DNA of 32,000 nucleotides from Ferroglobus placidus DSM 10642 (GTDB taxonomy: Archaea > Halobacteriota > Archaeoglobi > Archaeoglobales > Archaeoglobaceae), in NCBI RefSeq assembly GCF_000025505.1, contig NC_013849.1:1200001-1232000 (forward strand). Reading direction: 5' to 3'. Below are positions 1-8,500 of this stretch, one piece after another. The position numbers and the translations under genes are program-made. Below the pieces are notes generated by a model, which saw nothing but the letters and a program-made list of their open reading frames with translations, made no database searches and had not been told where the DNA came from. Every line of letters begins with the position of its first letter. Position 1 is the stretch's first letter.

Positions 1-341
1 AACCTGGTCCAGCGAGTCAGGGATTTATAACGAACGTTGAAGGAGTTCTGATGAGGTTCGAAGATGTTGTAGAAATGGCTAAGAGGTGGAACAGCGATGA
101 CGAAGAGAAGGTAAGGATCTGCGAAGAAATCTTAGAAAAACTCAAAGCGGTTAGAGAAGGGGAAGAATCCGTTACGCTGATAGTAGAAGATCCATTCGGC
201 AACAGTACGATAATAAGCGACGAAGTTTTTATGGAAAAGCTCAGTCAGGAGGAGGCTTCAAAGCTCAAAACCGGATTGACAATAGTCGATATCGTTGGAG
301 AAGAAGAGTTGATGAGCTTGAAGGAGAATTTGGAAGAGTAA
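1..341 (+). CDS. ZPR1-type zinc-finger protein, C-terminal part (5' truncated by window edge)
   Basis: Frame 3 is open from base 3: PGPASQGFITNVEGVLMRFEDVVEMAKRW...EDPFGNSTIISDE; resembles the ZPR1 C-terminal half; stop taa at 339-341. ATG at 51 is probably internal. Confidence 0.8.
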   Translation, partial: PGPASQGFITNVEGVLMRFEDVVEMAKRWNSDDEEKVRICEEILEKLKAVREGEESVTLIVEDPFGNSTIISDEVFMEKLSQEEASKLKTGLTIVDIVGEEELMSLKENLEE

Positions 342-361
342 AAGCTCGGATTTGTGTTGCT

Positions 362-779
362 TTGAAGCTTCGACATTCCCCTATTTTAACGACTATACTA
401 TTTCGTAAAGGCTATGTAATTAGTCTGGCGTTGGCGTTGTTCCGAAGAGAGCAAATCCAATGGTTTTCTCAAACATATCTAATGCTGCTCCCTCTCTTTG
501 GAAGCCATGATGATGTTTCTGGATTTGAACCAGAAGAAGGAGTACCAGACTGAAAAAGTTATAGAGAAAGGTATGTGCGCCGGTTCGATGATTCTGGTAC
601 AGGTAGAGTTTATAGAAGCTGGGATTGAAGTACAGGCATGAGACTTTTATAAATACGGAGGTGTTATCTTGACGATCCCACTCTCAACGACGCAACTTGA
701 TATAGTTTCGAAAGTTTGGGTAGAGATTCCAAACAGCTGGAAAGAATTTATTGAGAAAGCAATGAAATTACGTGACTAA
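362..779 (+). pseudogene. Possible decayed coding debris / short ORFs of unknown origin
   Basis: Only short broken reading frames; one short TTG-started ORF (670-779, MTIPLSTTQLDIVSKVWVEIPNSWKEFIEKAMKLRD*) preceded by a TATA-like tttataaat and ggaggtg. Confidence 0.25.
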
Positions 780-820
780 GAAAAAAGATTGGCTTTTTCG
801 TTTGACAGGGGGTAGGAGCC

Positions 821-931
821 ATGTTGCTATTTTTTGGAGATTGTGCTCCATATTCCTGCGACTGCATTAGAGATCTAATCAGAGAAGATTTGAAAAAGAG
901 GGGTTGCGAGGTTGTTAAAGATGCGTTCTAA
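821..931 (+). CDS. Possible 36-aa Cys-containing microprotein or truncated gene
   Basis: ATG with upstream purine-rich gggggtaggag; translation MLLFFGDCAPYSCDCIRDLIREDLKKRGCEVVKDAF*. Confidence 0.25.
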   Translation: MLLFFGDCAPYSCDCIRDLIREDLKKRGCEVVKDAF

Positions 932-935
932 GTTG

Positions 936-1298
936 CTATACCTCTTCAAGCTTAATCCTCTCTATTCCCACTTTGTCATAGGAAGAGTCGGAGCTAATTA
1001 TCTTTCCCCCACAGTAGGCAGCATGAAAGGCGTCGAAGACTCCGAGACCGTAGTCTCTGATAAATATTGCCGCCTTAAGCAGTCTTTCATCGTCTATTCC
1101 GCACAGTGTCATGACGCTCGTGAATATTCTCACGACGTCGAGACCGTATCTTTTGGCGATGAGGGCAAGCTCAATAAAAGTGATAGCGGATGTCGTTATC
1201 TGCCCCTCATACTCTTTCAAAAGTCTTTTCGCTCTCTCCTTCAGCCAGTCTTTCTCCTTGAGAAGGGCGAGAAAGAAATCCGTATCGGCGTAGATCAT
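936..1298 (-). CDS. PIN-domain ribonuclease, VapC-type toxin
   Basis: 120 aa starting MIYADTDFFLALLKEKDW, conserved acidic residues (IYADTDFF, TFIELALI, GVFDAFHAA, SSDSSYD); overlaps upstream antitoxin gene by 4 bp. Confidence 0.85.
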   Translation of the reverse strand: MIYADTDFFLALLKEKDWLKERAKRLLKEYEGQITTSAITFIELALIAKRYGLDVVRIFTSVMTLCGIDDERLLKAAIFIRDYGLGVFDAFHAAYCGGKIISSDSSYDKVGIERIKLEEV

Positions 1299-1561
1299 TC
1301 AATCTCCTCCATCGCTTCCTCTACTATCTCCCTTCTAAGATCCTCAATCGACTTTGATGGTAACTTTTTACCCTCCTTTTCAAGTTCTTTAATTGGATCC
1401 GCAGGCTTCGGTATCAGCAGAATGCCGTCCTTGACCTCAACAACGAAGACCTCTTTGCCTATCCTACTTCTGACACTCTTCGGCAAATACACCCTCCCTC
1501 TTTCATCAACTTTAGCCCACATAATAATAAATAAATGGGAAGAAAATATAAGTTTTCCCAT
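1295..1561 (-). CDS. SpoVT/AbrB-type antitoxin (VapB-like)
   Basis: AbrB-like fold signature WAKVDERGRVYLPKSVRSRIGKEVFVVEVKDGILLIPKP; directly upstream of the PIN gene. Actual start may be the internal ATG of MWAKVDERG. Confidence 0.8.
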   Translation of the reverse strand: MGKLIFSSHLFIIMWAKVDERGRVYLPKSVRSRIGKEVFVVEVKDGILLIPKPADPIKELEKEGKKLPSKSIEDLRREIVEEAMEEIE

Positions 1562-1799
1562 TCACCTGCGGAGTGTTTCTCAATCTCCTCAAGCATTCCC
1601 AAAACGAACACGATGAGGAGGTTTTTAGGAAAATATCCTGCGAGTCATGAAAATGTTCCTCTTTCCGGAAAGTTCAAGAGGACAGTTATTAACGTCCACA
1701 TTAGAAATTTAGAAAAGAGCGCCGAGAGAAAGCTTCTTCACGAGCTCTAATCCTTTCCATTATGACTTAAACTGAAAAGTCTGCCTTCATGTTTTGCGG

Positions 1800-2060
1800 G
1801 AATAGTTGTCGAAAACTTTTGCGTAAAGCCGCCCGGCTGGTGGTTCTTTTTGTATAAGTTCGTTGAGGGGGAGTCCCCGAGCATCACGGCAAGTTCATCA
1901 AGTTTTTTTCAGTGATGGTTATTCTCTCCGCCTCGTCGATGTCGAGGTAAACTTCAATAACCTCTTTTTCGCTTTAAAAGACTCATCCCACGTACTTCGT
2001 TTCTTTTGACAATGTAAACCATTGATTGTAAGTATCTCTTTCCGCTAAGTTTTACCCATA
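1800..2060 (-). pseudogene. Possible frameshifted remnant of a small ORF
   Basis: Minus strand reads KEVIEVYLDIDEAERITITEKNL in one frame and then LDELAVML / LNELIQKEPPAGRLYAKVFDNYSRKT* in other frames. Confidence 0.3.
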
Positions 2061-2102
2061 ACGAAACAGAGCACACTCTCCGGGACGCGAAGCAAAAGAG
2101 AG

Positions 2103-2183
2103 CGCCGGGGGTGGGATTCGAACCCACGCGGGCAGAGCCCAGCGGCTTAGCAGGCCGCCGCCTTACCACTCGGCAACCCCGGC
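2103..2183 (-). tRNA. tRNA-Ser (anticodon GCT)
   Basis: Minus strand GCCGGGGTTGCCGAGTGGTAAGGCGGCGGCCTGCTAAGCCGCTGGGCTCTGCCCGCGTGGGTTCGAATCCCACCCCCGGCG; 7-bp acceptor stem, long variable arm, GTTCGAATC T-loop, anticodon GCT. Confidence 0.95.
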
Positions 2184-2297
2184 TTAAAGAAATCTTTTCG
2201 GTATCTGGTTTTAAACGTTTTGTTCATTATTGTCATTTGATAACCTGCAACAAAATGAAAAGACAATAAGTAAATACCGCACACATTTTTTCATTCT

Positions 2298-2816
2298 GTG
2301 AACTTTCCCAAGAAAGTAAAAATTGCAAACGGCGAAGAAATTACGCTCAGATTCCCTAAGAAAGACGATTTGGAGAAGTTGATAAGGATGTACACAACGC
2401 TATCCGAAAATTCACTCCGATTTCTCAGACCTTACGAGTTTTCGAAGGAAGAAGTCAAAAAGATGTTCGAAAGAGTCGATTTCGAAAACGTTTACTCTGT
2501 TGTTGCGGAAAACGAAAAGGGGGAAATCGTGGCTGAAAGCAGACTGATAAAGGTGAGCGAAAATTCCGCTGAGCTGGCTGTCATAGTTCACGACAGCTAC
2601 CAAAACAAAAAGCTCGGACAGACCCTTGCGAGGGAAATGATAGAGTTCGCAAAGAGCAGAGGGTTCAAAAGATTAATAGCGTTCATAAATGAGAGAAATC
2701 GCGCTGCTTTACACATCTTCGAAAAGTTAGGGTTTAAAGTTGAAGCCCGCTCTTACCTTGAGCCGAGCATAATGGGGAAAAGTGGGGCTGCTTTAAAGCT
2801 CGTTCTCCAAATTTAA
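2298..2816 (+). CDS. GNAT family N-acetyltransferase
   Basis: 172 aa, LAVIVHDSYQNKKLGQTLAREMIEFAKSRGFKRLIAFINERNRAALHIFEKLGF acetyl-CoA binding region. Confidence 0.85.
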   Translation: MNFPKKVKIANGEEITLRFPKKDDLEKLIRMYTTLSENSLRFLRPYEFSKEEVKKMFERVDFENVYSVVAENEKGEIVAESRLIKVSENSAELAVIVHDSYQNKKLGQTLAREMIEFAKSRGFKRLIAFINERNRAALHIFEKLGFKVEARSYLEPSIMGKSGAALKLVLQI

Positions 2817-3121
2817 TCGTACTCCCTCCAAGTTTTCCCGCACTTCGTGCAGCGGAAAAACCTCACCTCGCTTTCGTCCGCTGCTCTCAATTGCCTTAAC
2901 CACCAGTAAGCTTCCCTGTTTCCGCATGCCGGGCAAATGACGTTCGTCGTTGGCAGAGTTTTTACGTTCTCCTCCTCAATTACCGGTATCTCTTCCTTGT
3001 TCCTCTTCGAAACCGTGATGAACTCTTTTTCTCCGGCATCTTTCTCAAAACCGCACTTTCTGCAGACCGCTTTGTCTCCCTGATATATCATTATGCTCTT
3101 ACACTTTGGACAGAATTCCAC
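2813..3121 (-). CDS. tfs: Transcription factor S (TFIIS/RPB9-like)
   Basis: 102 aa with two zinc ribbons: CPKCKSIM...CRKCGF and CPACGNREAYWWLRQLRAADESEVRFFRCTKCGKTWREYD. Confidence 0.93.
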   Translation of the reverse strand: MEFCPKCKSIMIYQGDKAVCRKCGFEKDAGEKEFITVSKRNKEEIPVIEEENVKTLPTTNVICPACGNREAYWWLRQLRAADESEVRFFRCTKCGKTWREYD

Positions 3122-3512
3122 GCAGATACACCTCCGCGTCCTTTATCATTTTTTCGTGATCGAATGCTAATTCCGGAAGTTCTTCGAGTTTAAAAACTTT
3201 CACATCCTCAGCGTCACTTCCGGCTTTAAGTTCTCCGCCTATGGGAGTAAGAATGAAGCAAATCGAAACGAAATGTCCTCTCGGATCTCTGTTCGGATCG
3301 GAGTAAACTCCAACGAGTTTCTCAATTCTACACTTCAATCCCGTTTCCTCCTCAGCTTCTCTTATAACAGCATCCTCAACCTTCTCACCGTACTCAACTA
3401 TTCCTCCGGGCAAAGCGTACTTTCCTTTGAAAGGCTCGTTCTTTCTTCTTACGAGAACTATTCCCCCTCTGTAGGGGATTATCGCATCGACGGTAAGCGT
3501 TATGCACTTCAT
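3099..3512 (-). CDS. NUDIX hydrolase
   Basis: 137 aa, Nudix box GGIVEYGEKVEDAVIREAEEETGL. Confidence 0.92.
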   Translation of the reverse strand: MKCITLTVDAIIPYRGGIVLVRRKNEPFKGKYALPGGIVEYGEKVEDAVIREAEEETGLKCRIEKLVGVYSDPNRDPRGHFVSICFILTPIGGELKAGSDAEDVKVFKLEELPELAFDHEKMIKDAEVYLRGILSKV

Positions 3513-4147
3513 AGAATCACATCCAATATTGACTTTCTAAAGTTTTTCTCCGCCTGCTTTTTCGCCCACGAAACGTCTCCTACTCGCTCAACCGAATGCG
3601 CATCGCTCCCTATCGAGTAAATCAACCCCTTTCTCCCAGCCTCTTCAATTACGTCGAGAGGGGGAGCTCTGTGATAGCTGTTAATCTCTATCGCCACGCA
3701 ATTTTCCTTTGCGAGGTCGATAATTTCAAGGTCGTATTCGGGAATTCTACCGTCCAAGCTAACCATTTCTGAATGCAAATGCCCGAGAACGTGAATCTCC
3801 TGAGTCTTTATACACTCCCTCAACCTCCTGTAGTACTCCTCCGGAGTCAAGTAGCTGTGGATCGAAGCGATGACCAAATCGAATTCGAATTCCGGCTTTT
3901 CTACCCTTCCGTTTTCGAGAATTCCGCACTCTATTCCGTTAAGAACTTTAACTCCGTACTTCTGCTCAGCCATCTCAATCTCGATCGATCTTTTTTCAGC
4001 TTTCTTCTTCGTGAGTCCGAGGGGGTGTTCGGAAGAGTGGTCCGCTATGCAGATAATCTTCAGCTTCCTTTCCATGGCTTTCCTAACTATTTCGTCAATT
4101 TTCCCCTTCCCATCAGAGTAAGTGCTGTGTATGTGGAAGTCGAACAC
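3509..4147 (-). CDS. PHP-domain phosphoesterase
   Basis: 212 aa beginning MFDFHIHSTYSDGKG, then ADHSSEH, HLHSE, IGSDAHSVERVG; typical PHP metal ligands. Confidence 0.9.
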   Translation of the reverse strand: MFDFHIHSTYSDGKGKIDEIVRKAMERKLKIICIADHSSEHPLGLTKKKAEKRSIEIEMAEQKYGVKVLNGIECGILENGRVEKPEFEFDLVIASIHSYLTPEEYYRRLRECIKTQEIHVLGHLHSEMVSLDGRIPEYDLEIIDLAKENCVAIEINSYHRAPPLDVIEEAGRKGLIYSIGSDAHSVERVGDVSWAKKQAEKNFRKSILDVIL

Positions 4148-4186
4148 AACGAAAACTGTATATTCTCTGCATAAAAACGATTTGCC

Positions 4187-4933
4187 ATGCTACAATTCAT
4201 CTCGACACTCCTAATGTTCATCTACGCACTATCAAAAAACAAATTCGTCGGCTTCGTCTCTTGGACGATCTTCGGAGTTTTCTGGCTGCTAAATTTACCT
4301 TACTACATGAGCATCTCCGACTACTTCAATTCCGTGCTGATGGTTGCAGCCTTTTCTCTCTTCACTCTCCTCGGTTTAACGATTCTGAGAACCAACGATG
4401 ACGTTTTTCCGAGACTGACTTTTATCGCAGCTATCTCCTCTCTCATTTACTTCACCTTCGCCGAAACGATGCTCGGAAAAGAGCTAATAGAGATCGTGGC
4501 TATGCAAACATCAATTTTAGCGAGCTTTCTCGGCTACAAATTCTTAGTCGACGGAGATTTCATTTACTACAACGGCAAAATCGTACAGATAATTCTCGCC
4601 TGTACGGGAATCGAAAGCATTTCGCTTTTCGCCGGTATCTCTTTGGGAGCAGAAGGTAGAGCGGTTAACAAGATAAAAGCATTTTTGGTTTCAGTTCCGG
4701 TAATTTACGTGCTCAACCTCCTAAGAAACACGTTTATAGTTCTCGCTTACGGAGATAGCTGGTTTGGAGAGAACAGTTTCTACATAGCCCACCACGTAAT
4801 CTCCAAGTTTCTTGCGACGGTAGCATTGATAATTATCGCGATGCAGGTCTTCAAGTATCTGCCTAAATTTGCCGATGACGTGTTTAAAGCTAAAGATGCG
4901 GTGGTGAGAACTTGGTTAGAAAAGAGGCGTTGA
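4187..4933 (+). CDS. artA: Archaeosortase A-like membrane transpeptidase
   Basis: 248 aa multi-TM with catalytic signature ILACTGIESISLFAG (Cys), VIYVLNLLRNTFIV (Arg) and FYIAHHVISK (His). Confidence 0.88.
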   Translation: MLQFISTLLMFIYALSKNKFVGFVSWTIFGVFWLLNLPYYMSISDYFNSVLMVAAFSLFTLLGLTILRTNDDVFPRLTFIAAISSLIYFTFAETMLGKELIEIVAMQTSILASFLGYKFLVDGDFIYYNGKIVQIILACTGIESISLFAGISLGAEGRAVNKIKAFLVSVPVIYVLNLLRNTFIVLAYGDSWFGENSFYIAHHVISKFLATVALIIIAMQVFKYLPKFADDVFKAKDAVVRTWLEKRR

Positions 4934-5484
4934 AAGTTATTTTAATTCTCGCCCTCTTACTTCCCCTCGGAATTTTCGTAAAATTTCTGATACCTCTCCT
5001 CTCAGCTCTAATAGCCTTTACAATTTTCTTCTTCAGAGATCCGGAAAGGAAAATCGGAGATTGGGTTATCTCTCCTGCAGACGGGAGAATCGATTTCGTC
5101 GAAGATAACAGGCTGGAAATTTTCATGGGGCTATTTGACTGCCACGTCCAGAGGTCTCCGGTGAGTGGAATAGTTAAAAGAATAACTTTCGTCCCCGGAA
5201 AAAAGCGACCGGCGTTTATAAGAGGAGGGAACGAAAGAAAGGTGATAGAAATTGAGAGCGAAGAAGGAACTTTCGTAGTCGAGTTAATAGCAGGAATTTT
5301 TGCGAGGAGAATTTTCTGCTGGGTGAAAGAGGGAGAGAAGGTTGAAAAGGGGCAGAGAATAGGAATGATAGCCTTCGGCTCAAGAGTTGCCTTAGAGGTG
5401 CCCGAAAATTACGTTTTCGTTAAAAAGGTAGGGGAAAAAGTTAAGGCTGGAGAGACGGTTGCCGTGAAATATGAAGCTGGCTGA
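4912..5484 (+). CDS. asd: Phosphatidylserine (archaetidylserine) decarboxylase-related protein
   Basis: 190 aa; FFFRDPERKIGDWVISPADGRIDFVEDN, MGLFDCHVQRSPVSG; overlaps artA and pssA. Confidence 0.87.
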   Translation: MVRKEALKVILILALLLPLGIFVKFLIPLLSALIAFTIFFFRDPERKIGDWVISPADGRIDFVEDNRLEIFMGLFDCHVQRSPVSGIVKRITFVPGKKRPAFIRGGNERKVIEIESEEGTFVVELIAGIFARRIFCWVKEGEKVEKGQRIGMIAFGSRVALEVPENYVFVKKVGEKVKAGETVAVKYEAG

Positions 5485-6025
5485 TGCATTTTCAATACTG
5501 AACGCAACCTTCGGATTTCTTGCCATATATTACCGCGATCCCTCTTTCATATTCCTCGCCGCTTTCGCCGACGGTTTAGACGGATATCTGGCAAGAAAAT
5601 ACGGTTCTGGAGATCTCGGAAAGAACCTCGACACTCTGGCAGATTTTATCTCATTCGGAGTGGCTCCAGCTTACTTCCTCGGAATTTTTGCCTTTCCTTA
5701 CCTTTTAGCCTCAATTTACCGCCTCGCAAGATTTCTTAACGTAAATAAAGAAGATTTCGTCGGATTTCCCGTGACAGCTTCGGCAATGATAGTCGTTCCG
5801 CTACTTTTCTTTTCTAAAAATTTGTCGCTTTTTGCGGCAATAATTCTCTCGTTTTTTATGGTTAGCGAGATAGAGTACAAGAAAGTCAAGGATGCGAAGC
5901 TTTTGAGTGTTGCCGCAATCCTAATTCTTATCGCTTTCATCGATTCAAGACTTTCTGTTGGAATTCTCACCCTTTCAATCCTCTATCTCCTCTCTCCCCT
6001 CGCTAAAAACTTTTATAAACATTAG
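5471..6025 (+). CDS. pssA: CDP-alcohol phosphatidyltransferase, archaetidylserine synthase-like
   Basis: 184 aa; motif region DGLDGYLARKYGSGDLGKNLDTLADFISFGVAPA (CDP-alcohol phosphotransferase signature). Confidence 0.88.
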   Translation: MKLADAFSILNATFGFLAIYYRDPSFIFLAAFADGLDGYLARKYGSGDLGKNLDTLADFISFGVAPAYFLGIFAFPYLLASIYRLARFLNVNKEDFVGFPVTASAMIVVPLLFFSKNLSLFAAIILSFFMVSEIEYKKVKDAKLLSVAAILILIAFIDSRLSVGILTLSILYLLSPLAKNFYKH

Positions 6026-6041
6026 CGCAGCCTTTCCAACA

Positions 6042-7511
6042 ATGTCAGTGATAATACTCGACACCACACTGAGAGACGGGGAACAAACGCCGGGAGTTTC
6101 CCTCAGCGTTGAGCAGAAATTAATGATTGCCGAAGCTTTGGACAACCTCGGAGTAGACATAATCGAAGCCGGAACAGCCATAGCTTCCGAAGGGGAGTTT
6201 AAAGCTATAAAGGCGATAAGCGAAGCGGGATTGAAAGCAGAAATTTGCAGCTTCGGGAGGATTAAAAAAGAGGACATCGATGCCGCCGCTGACGCTGGAG
6301 CGGATTCAATTTTCATGGTCGCCCCCTCTTCAGATATACACATCAACAGCAAATTTCCGGGGAAAACCCGGGAGGATATAATTCAGATGTCAATTGAAAT
6401 GGTCGAATACGCTAAGGAAAGAGGCTTAATTGTAGAATTCGGAGGAGAGGACGCTTCTCGCGCTGATTTCGAATTCATAAAAAAGTTGTTGAAGGCGGGA
6501 GAAGAAGCCGGAGCAGACAGGTTAACTTTCACAGATACGGTCGGAGTTCTTACTCCGGAAAGAGCTCAGCAAATAATGTCGGAATTGAAGAAGGTCGTGA
6601 AGAAGCCGGTAGCTTTCCACGGGCACGACGACTTTGGATTAGCCACGGCAAACACAATCTTTGCCGTTAAAGGAGGTGCCGACGAGATACACTGCTGCGT
6701 AAACGGGCTTGGAGAAAGAGCCGGAAATGCCGCCTTAGAAGAGGTAGTAATGGCTTTAGAATACCTCTACGGAATAAAAACGAAGATAAACAAGAAAGCG
6801 ATATATCCAACGTCCAAGCTCGTAGAAAAGTTGACGAGAGTTGTCGTTCCGCCGAACAAACCAATCGTCGGAGAGAACGCTTTTACCCACGAAAGCGGAA
6901 TCCACACTTCAGCCGTTTTGAGGGATGCTAAAACTTACGAGCCGATTTCTCCGGAAGTGATAGGGAGGTCGAGGAGCATAGTCCTCGGGAAACACGCCGG
7001 AAAAGCGAGCGTCGAGGCTATAATGAAAGAGCTCGGATACAAAGCTACGAAAGAGCAGATGCAGGAGATATTGAAGAGAGTGAAGGAGATTGGAGACAAA
7101 GGAAAAAGAGTAACCGACGCAGACGTTAGAGCAATAATAGAGACTGTCCTTCAGATAAAGAGGGAAAGAAAAGTAGAACTTGTCGATTTGAACGTCGTGA
7201 GCGGAGCGAATATAATGCCTACAGCAAGCGTGAAGCTCAAGATAAACGGAAAAGAGTACGTGGAGGCAGGGGTTGGAGTTGGTCCGGTGGATGCGGCGAT
7301 AAACGCTATAAAAAGGGCGGTGAAGGAGTACGCAGATATAGAGCTCGTTTCCTACCACGTCGACGCTATAACCGGCGGTACGGATGCTCTCGTAGACGTA
7401 ATAGTGCAGCTGAAGAAAGGAGACAAGATCGTAACTGCAAGGGGAGCGAGAACGGACATAATAATGGCGAGCGTCGAGGCATTTGTGGAAGGACTGAACA
7501 TGCTCCTTTAG
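6042..7511 (+). CDS. leuA: 2-isopropylmalate synthase / (R)-citramalate synthase family
   Basis: 489 aa from MSVIILDTTLRDGEQTPGVSLSVEQK; HGHDDFGLATANT; NGLGERAGNAALEE; C-terminal LeuA dimer domain. ORF-track start at 5958 extends too far upstream. Confidence 0.92.
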   Translation: MSVIILDTTLRDGEQTPGVSLSVEQKLMIAEALDNLGVDIIEAGTAIASEGEFKAIKAISEAGLKAEICSFGRIKKEDIDAAADAGADSIFMVAPSSDIHINSKFPGKTREDIIQMSIEMVEYAKERGLIVEFGGEDASRADFEFIKKLLKAGEEAGADRLTFTDTVGVLTPERAQQIMSELKKVVKKPVAFHGHDDFGLATANTIFAVKGGADEIHCCVNGLGERAGNAALEEVVMALEYLYGIKTKINKKAIYPTSKLVEKLTRVVVPPNKPIVGENAFTHESGIHTSAVLRDAKTYEPISPEVIGRSRSIVLGKHAGKASVEAIMKELGYKATKEQMQEILKRVKEIGDKGKRVTDADVRAIIETVLQIKRERKVELVDLNVVSGANIMPTASVKLKINGKEYVEAGVGVGPVDAAINAIKRAVKEYADIELVSYHVDAITGGTDALVDVIVQLKKGDKIVTARGARTDIIMASVEAFVEGLNMLL

Positions 7512-8482
7512 AGAATCAGAAAGATGTTTCCAATATTTACCCTCTTCAAATACTTTTTCGCAGCCCTGTAACACTCGTAAACCTGCTCCTTCGGCGTTAC
7601 CGGCAGATCTCTGAGTTTATAGTCTGGGTGAAAAACGAGCAAGGAATAGGGAATGTCCTCGCTGAGAGAGGCTAAGAAGGAAGCTATTCCTTCCACCTCC
7701 TCAGCGTCAACGTAGTAAGGGACGAGGAGGGTCGTGGCTGACAAAACTTCGGGATACTTCTCAAAGATCGCTTCGAAGTTCTTTAAAACTTCCTCGTTGC
7801 TTCGTCCAGTTAGAAGCAAATGAAGATTTTCGTTCCAAGCTTTTAAATCGAATTTAACCGTTCCTTTGCTCATTGAACTTATTTCGGCTGCTTTCAAAGC
7901 TTTACTCCTGTTTCCAGCCCCGTTCCACTCCCAGCATATCATCACTCCAAATTTTTTGTAGGCGATCTCGCTGAAGTTTAATGCGAAATCTATCTGAGGT
8001 TCCGGCGAACCGCCGAAGTGGCAGACGCACTTAACCCTTTCGTTAATCATTCCGAGGAGTTCTTCAACGCTGAAAGCTCTCGCCCTTTCAACGAACTTGT
8101 GCTCCCAGTTCTGGCAGTAGAGGCAGTCGAAGTTGCAGCCGTAGTAAAAGACCGCTAAGTTGTATCCTGAAAGCTTGCTCCCCTCGCAGAACCAAGCGTT
8201 GCAGCAGTTAGTTGGGAGGGGATCGTAATAAGCGTGAAGGAGAGCTTTTTCCTTCGAAGATAGGGAAATAACCTTTCCCCCCACTCTTTTCCTTATTTTG
8301 CACAAACCCACATCGTCTATCCTACATTTATTCGAACATAAACCGCAATCTCCTCCGCCGATAACGTCGAGATTCTCGTGGAGTAAGCTAACGAATTCCC
8401 TCGCTCTTTCGCTCTTCGCACATTTAGGGCAGAGAGGTATCGTTTTCGAAGGTCTCTCCCTACCGCAAACTTCGCACTTCAC
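7508..8482 (-). CDS. Radical SAM protein, pyruvate-formate-lyase-activating-enzyme-like
   Basis: 324 aa; radical SAM motif YYGCNFDCLYCQNWEHK plus N-terminal Cys clusters CEVCGRERPSKTIPLCPKC and CGLCSNKCRI. Confidence 0.88.
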   Translation of the reverse strand: MKCEVCGRERPSKTIPLCPKCAKSERAREFVSLLHENLDVIGGGDCGLCSNKCRIDDVGLCKIRKRVGGKVISLSSKEKALLHAYYDPLPTNCCNAWFCEGSKLSGYNLAVFYYGCNFDCLYCQNWEHKFVERARAFSVEELLGMINERVKCVCHFGGSPEPQIDFALNFSEIAYKKFGVMICWEWNGAGNRSKALKAAEISSMSKGTVKFDLKAWNENLHLLLTGRSNEEVLKNFEAIFEKYPEVLSATTLLVPYYVDAEEVEGIASFLASLSEDIPYSLLVFHPDYKLRDLPVTPKEQVYECYRAAKKYLKRVNIGNIFLIL

Positions 8483-8500
8483 AAAAAATTATAGATCGCA

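Noticed and set aside
936-1561. VapBC pair as a novel defence system
   Set aside because: Both proteins are standard PIN and AbrB types with the usual overlap; abundant in thermophilic archaea.
912-1616. 234-aa plus-strand ORF
   Set aside because: It is antisense to the well-supported VapB and VapC genes and has low-complexity Ser-rich, non-protein-like composition.
1954-2169. 71-aa ORF beginning MVRRRPAKPLGSARVGSNPTPG
   Set aside because: Starts within tRNA-Ser; typical tRNA artefact.
5958-6041. N-terminal extension of LeuA given by the ORF track (517 aa)
   Set aside because: The extension overlaps the end of pssA and has no family resemblance; MSVIILDTTLRDGEQTPG at 6042 is the natural start.
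6909-7574. 221-aa minus-strand ORF
   Set aside because: It lies antisense within leuA, whose frame is strongly supported; Tyr/His/Ser-rich composition is a codon-bias shadow.
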